From IMG/VR virus record IMGVR_UViG_3300045988_142085, positions 128,001-192,000 of that record: DNA of 64,000 nt. One strand, given 5' to 3'. Made by a program: the position numbers and the translations under genes. The notes under the pieces were generated by a model. The model was not told the DNA's origin, searched no databases, and worked only from the letters and a program-made list of their open reading frames with translations. Positions within the stretch are counted from its first letter, which is position 1. Each line of letters starts with the position of its first letter. This stretch comes from a virus. Below, piece after piece: positions 60,601-64,000 of the stretch.

Positions 60601-63600
60601 GCGTTTTAATACTAATAAATTGATGACCTTGTTCTGGGGGATCGATACCGATAACACTTCCTAGTGAACGATACCAATGTTGTTGTCCTTGTTCTGAAGC
60701 ACCATTTTCAAACTGTAGACTATCACTATTAAATAAATTAGTAATATCGGTATTTTTTCTAAAGTTATAATAATGAGCAGAAGAGTCATTAGTTACTTCA
60801 TAAATATTTTGTACTGGTTCACCATTAACGAATATATCACGATAATATGGATCGCCATAATGATAAATACCGAATGGATTATTAGAGAATACTCTCGATA
60901 GAATATTCCAATTCTTCTCACGGAATAATTGACTTGCGTAGTTTTGATCTTGACATGTTAAGAATGAACTTACTAATACACGAGGACTTACGCCACCGAA
61001 AGATAAACCATAAGGAGATTCACCTAAGTATTTTACACCACGGTTTTTAATCTTATCGCCGAAATTATCTTCACGAATAGGGTTAGATAATTCTATGCCA
61101 TCGCCTTGACCGACGATACTTACTACGTCGCCACCTTGGATCTCAGTAACAGTACCGTTAAACATAACAGGTAACTTAGCTGCATCAGCAGAATAACCCA
61201 TGCGAATATGCATACGAGCACCGGCTACTAATTTAATAGAATTTCTCTCAGGTATTAACGCTTGTTTTTCACTTAAATTACGAACATAAGTACGAGGATT
61301 AAAAATACTATCGTATAGATTTTCAAGTCCGGCAACACCATATTGTAATTGTGTCGTAAAATTGTCGCCTTGTCCGTCGTCTTCATATTCAGCTAATATA
61401 TTTTGATATAAATTATTTAACTGAATAATAGCTGTATCGGCCGCAATATTTTTAGATTTAACGACTTGAATAGAACTTACTGCATTCGTACTATAGAAGC
61501 TATCATGCATCTTCCAGAATCCCGATGAAGCACCTTCATCGATAAACATAATCTGGAATGTCGGGAATCCTCGAAGCATCCTACCACGAACATCGGTTTG
61601 AACCATGTTAAGATATGAATCTCGAATGCGTCTTGCCAATGCTTTAGGAGTCATTGCATTTGCTTCTAATTCAAGTTGCTGCATAAATTCACGTTGAATT
61701 TGAGCGATAGGATTATCGGTTGCAATATCAATACCGAGCTCTTCGATTTTTTCTACGAGACCGGAAAGAACTAAACCATATAATAGTTTTCGCAAGCTAA
61801 CTTCGTCGTTTGTTAACGGAGCTGTCGTCGTAATATTCGGTGTAATTACTTTATGAGTTAACGCATTTAATGCATTATAATCACGAGTAACGATTTTTTT
61901 AATCAAAGAAGAATCTTTACACATCAACGATAAAGCCGTTGCTACGAATAATTTACCTTTAACAAATTTATCTTGATTATCTTTAACGAAGTTTTTAAGA
62001 GTTTTAACGTTCTTTTCTTGAACGTCGTTAGCAAGTTTCATATCCTTCATGAACTCATATGCAGAAGCTTCGCTTACAGCATTTTGGAACATGATATCCG
62101 TCATATAGTTAGGATAGATATTTTTCTTAATTAAAACACATAACCAGTATAAAACATTTCGTAAGAAAGCATGTTTTGCATAATTCATATCATGCATACA
62201 ATATTTCATATATTGAATTGTTTCATCGTGGTCGGATGTTTGATAATAAGGATCCAAGAAGTAATATCGATCAGAAGCTTCGAAAGTGAAGCCTTTATCT
62301 AAAAACTTTTTACGACGTTTATTATAATCGATCGGTAAGAATTGAAGCATAGGATTTTCTTCGAATTCTTTTTGAGTAAAGCAAGGAATACCGTAAGGGC
62401 CTAATTCAGTACAAGAACCATAACTATAAAAATCAGATGTGTCGTCTAAATGACGAACATAAGTTAAACCATTAATTGTATATCGTGTCGGCTTAAAGTT
62501 TTTTACGTTAAATTCTAAATCACTTTTTTTATCTTTAGAATCATCCTTATCTTTATTATAGTTAGGATCATTAAAGATACTATTTGATTTTCCGTTAAGT
62601 TTTACAGATTGCCCCCATAAGCCATATTGACCGCCATTTTCTTGAGCACCATTAGCTAAAGCTTGACCCATATACATAATAATGCTTTTTGCTTTTTCAG
62701 GTTCAAGATCAGTAGAGAACCCAGAAGCAAGTGCAGACCAAGCAAATTTATTTAACCAATCATTAATGTCGGCATTCCATTTGGAAGTTAAAGTAGTATC
62801 GACAGATTTTGTTTCGACAATAATATTTTTAAAATATTGAATTAAAGCTTCTTCAGAACCTTCATCTTCAATAGAAGTTTCAGATAAGAACTTAAGAGCT
62901 TTATCAGCTTCCCATTGGAATGTATTAATGCTATCAACGATTACAGATTTAAGAGCGTTTTCGCCGCCCTCTTTTTTAACCTCGTTGACTTTTTTCTCAG
63001 CGCCTTCTTTTACGTCATCACCAACGACATCAAATTCTGCATTTTTTTGAATATCGTTTTTAACGACAGGTGCAGCTTCTTCTACTTTTTCTTTGGCCTT
63101 ATCTGCTTCCTTTTGGCCATCTTCTGTGTTTAAGTTATGATATAACCATGCATAATAAGGTTCTAAGAAAGTAACGCCGATAGATTTACCGACCTTCCAT
63201 TGACCGGTCGCAATACCAGATTTGAAGAGTTTCATGCGTTGTTCGTTCTCTTCTTTTTTCATCTGATTTAATTTTTCTTGCGTTAACTGCCAATCTTTAG
63301 CCGTCATTTCAGATATGCCACCATTTTGTGCAATCATACCATGACGCATAGAATATTGAGCAGCCTCACTAAGATCGGAAAGTATTTTTAATTCACCAGA
63401 TGGATTACCGTCTTCATCTGGTTTGGCAAACATTTGTAACATCTTACTATCTTGCAAAATACAGTCTCTTAATAATTCCGAGAATAAATGTTCGTGATAG
63501 AAGAAATAAAAATCAGGATCGACAAATACTTGATCTCGAGGATTTTTATAACGAATGAACTCGAAGCCTAACTCGCCAAGCTCTTTAATCGTTGGCAACT

Positions 63601-63982
63601 CTAAATCTGGATATAATTCAGCTTTAGATAAATTTTGATCGATTTCGAAGTAGCCTAATGCGGCTTGCGCAGCACGTTGAGCCGTAGCTTCTTTAGATGC
63701 AAAATTAGATTGTTCGAATTGTTTATAGATAGCAAATCGATTACGAATCGTTCTATCAGTTTGGCGCAATGTTACATTAATTTGAAATAACCCAGGATAA
63801 TTTACGACAGTCGAAATCGATACTTGTTCGACGATTACTTCGAATATACCTAATAAGCGAGTGAATTCAGAATCAATTCTGAATGGATAACTCGGTAATG
63901 CATTCGGATATTTCTTTTTAAAATAAGAAATAATCTTCGGGATCTTATCGAAGCGATCGACAGTTTCTTTATCATAAGTCAT
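57659..63982 (-). CDS. Tape-measure-like giant tail protein (2107 aa)
   Basis: Very long ORF with extended coiled-coil stretches and Gly-rich hydrophobic segments (GGAIGSRGGSVGAGAGSLIGGAIGTGIELGL, ..GGNVLMVAAAYTLGRWG..). Position directly upstream of baseplate hub genes. Confidence 0.4.
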   Translation of the reverse strand: MTYDKETVDRFDKIPKIISYFKKKYPNALPSYPFRIDSEFTRLLGIFEVIVEQVSISTVVNYPGLFQINVTLRQTDRTIRNRFAIYKQFEQSNFASKEATAQRAAQAALGYFEIDQNLSKAELYPDLELPTIKELGELGFEFIRYKNPRDQVFVDPDFYFFYHEHLFSELLRDCILQDSKMLQMFAKPDEDGNPSGELKILSDLSEAAQYSMRHGMIAQNGGISEMTAKDWQLTQEKLNQMKKEENEQRMKLFKSGIATGQWKVGKSIGVTFLEPYYAWLYHNLNTEDGQKEADKAKEKVEEAAPVVKNDIQKNAEFDVVGDDVKEGAEKKVNEVKKEGGENALKSVIVDSINTFQWEADKALKFLSETSIEDEGSEEALIQYFKNIIVETKSVDTTLTSKWNADINDWLNKFAWSALASGFSTDLEPEKAKSIIMYMGQALANGAQENGGQYGLWGQSVKLNGKSNSIFNDPNYNKDKDDSKDKKSDLEFNVKNFKPTRYTINGLTYVRHLDDTSDFYSYGSCTELGPYGIPCFTQKEFEENPMLQFLPIDYNKRRKKFLDKGFTFEASDRYYFLDPYYQTSDHDETIQYMKYCMHDMNYAKHAFLRNVLYWLCVLIKKNIYPNYMTDIMFQNAVSEASAYEFMKDMKLANDVQEKNVKTLKNFVKDNQDKFVKGKLFVATALSLMCKDSSLIKKIVTRDYNALNALTHKVITPNITTTAPLTNDEVSLRKLLYGLVLSGLVEKIEELGIDIATDNPIAQIQREFMQQLELEANAMTPKALARRIRDSYLNMVQTDVRGRMLRGFPTFQIMFIDEGASSGFWKMHDSFYSTNAVSSIQVVKSKNIAADTAIIQLNNLYQNILAEYEDDGQGDNFTTQLQYGVAGLENLYDSIFNPRTYVRNLSEKQALIPERNSIKLVAGARMHIRMGYSADAAKLPVMFNGTVTEIQGGDVVSIVGQGDGIELSNPIREDNFGDKIKNRGVKYLGESPYGLSFGGVSPRVLVSSFLTCQDQNYASQLFREKNWNILSRVFSNNPFGIYHYGDPYYRDIFVNGEPVQNIYEVTNDSSAHYYNFRKNTDITNLFNSDSLQFENGASEQGQQHWYRSLGSVIGIDPPEQGHQFISIKTQGRTVWDMLQFAASANPSYIGATDYFGFRSTVFMGLPNWYYAYKYIKNNKQLNVLEKRKPYSQFHMYWSDHDILSNQIQTNSNKVATVAKGMYQFEEVKKSTPDIYFDRDIYPEYQRSMVVDTWLHGRTQVHTSSENTFGIDSEIGSLDSYATVTGAFTSVVGGAIGSRGGSVGAGAGSLIGGAIGTGIELGLKNVASWAISNFAPDNYGGPEHNHAQTARLMTLSRLKKSVEQIYSGNLVVYGDPTVKPHDRISIFDEPNSMTGQARVREVVHTLSATTGFVTTITPDAIVDVLNDKTTQAVNMAITSTLMRIAIYALGVYNLQRAYIVRAIIDDGWGLFARAKGWAAAEYAEKVSNDLNRIKKRQNALESFYKKIKTREAGIKTALDAAKEAKDEAKIAELEAKLLAVETRLAKYDPIKSSLALSKYELQGREGISKVLNAWSEASSNFEKANLEISKKVFNLRMPEFTKLSNEADVFKVNKDNFVKKKIEELANVEDLDKFDRGGKANLESLYKQQAEEAFNKEYKKRIDKLKAYSKETQSLIKDVQSINNTKKGQETLAALKAKPEISKKIIDATSKDILMKSKAGALFNKIAGSTIGRYLSSALNFGSKIGGNVLMVAAAYTLGRWGDMISDFIQNYKTLSVTPLLKRGMPFIPAWAGNSGTIFMSPNWGKRGQVLDLMDSVFNHRFQDQEGYHPIAGSLSFILNASMGGGPADALQRYQLNADGNMYANNMGGDYEYLVNQNYVDGLLQRGSIRSVEQLLMRNNEENDKDKQEIKMRAEQFMHNIEDVQKDNTSILDPLVPVPGPEFDIFKQFKFFVVRHEKALNNEESKNTVEFSVNQGGKPVKVIGIKGKDGDGNEIVDAPLLHPFALNTLRKIIFQAEQMLSYKTTTDQNTYINKVSNDYITLTSCYLFGTKKIFPGSGFGFTLIAHGESKDNLKVIMDTLKEKDELTYQVYDNDDGKVYQVNVNIPKLGA

Positions 63983-64000
63983 TACAGAAAATGTTAACGT

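Noticed and set aside
1-64000. tRNA genes, CRISPR arrays, integrase/attachment sites
   Set aside because: The intergenic spaces (60-70 nt at most, apart from the omegaRNA region) are too short and lack cloverleaf-compatible GC-rich stems. There are no repeat-spacer periodicities and no tyrosine or serine recombinase motifs among the ORFs.

Overview
The window is a 64 kb AT-rich stretch of a large tailed phage or prophage, likely a myovirus-like phage of a low-GC host. Nearly every gene is on the minus strand, densely packed, with many 4-13 nt start/stop overlaps suggesting translational coupling.

From high to low coordinates the layout is:
- A tail/baseplate module (63982 down to 21236): a tape-measure-like 2107-aa protein, a gpV-like spike, a gp25/W-like baseplate wedge, several giant 1092-1706 aa baseplate/fibre proteins, and paralogous fibre-like genes.
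- A replication module (21191 down to 9148): a DnaB-like helicase, a DUF1064 nuclease-fold protein, a sigma factor, a RecJ-like DHH/DHHA1 exonuclease, and a DnaE-type PolIII alpha gene.
- A second fibre cluster (9078 down to 1): it ends in a partial >1240-aa Ala/Lys/Glu-rich coiled-coil fibre gene that runs off the left edge.

Two unusual elements sit in the replication module.
1. The dnaE gene is interrupted exactly inside the catalytic palm motif (..RFLTIDRTGLPD | IDSDFSYFGRDKV.., compare canonical PDIDIDF). The intervening ~1.2 kb sequence carries a double-motif LAGLIDADG homing endonuclease and a GC-richer, structured-looking 3' segment. This is most consistent with a group I intron.
2. 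Directly upstream of dnaE, in the recJ-dnaE intergenic region, lies a complete IscB-type RNA-guided nuclease gene. It has a PLMP-like N-terminus, RuvC-I, an Arg-rich bridge helix, RuvC-II, HNH and RuvC-III, all catalytic residues intact. It is preceded by a ~250-300 nt GC-richer region that is the expected position of its omegaRNA, and there is no TnpA gene. A solo IscB-omegaRNA in a phage core replication region, next to an intron-homing endonuclease, is the most notable candidate system here.

No tRNA, rRNA, CRISPR array, integrase, capsid or terminase gene was recognised. Four to five rho-independent terminators on the minus strand were found, three of them with the upstream gene's stop codon embedded in the hairpin.
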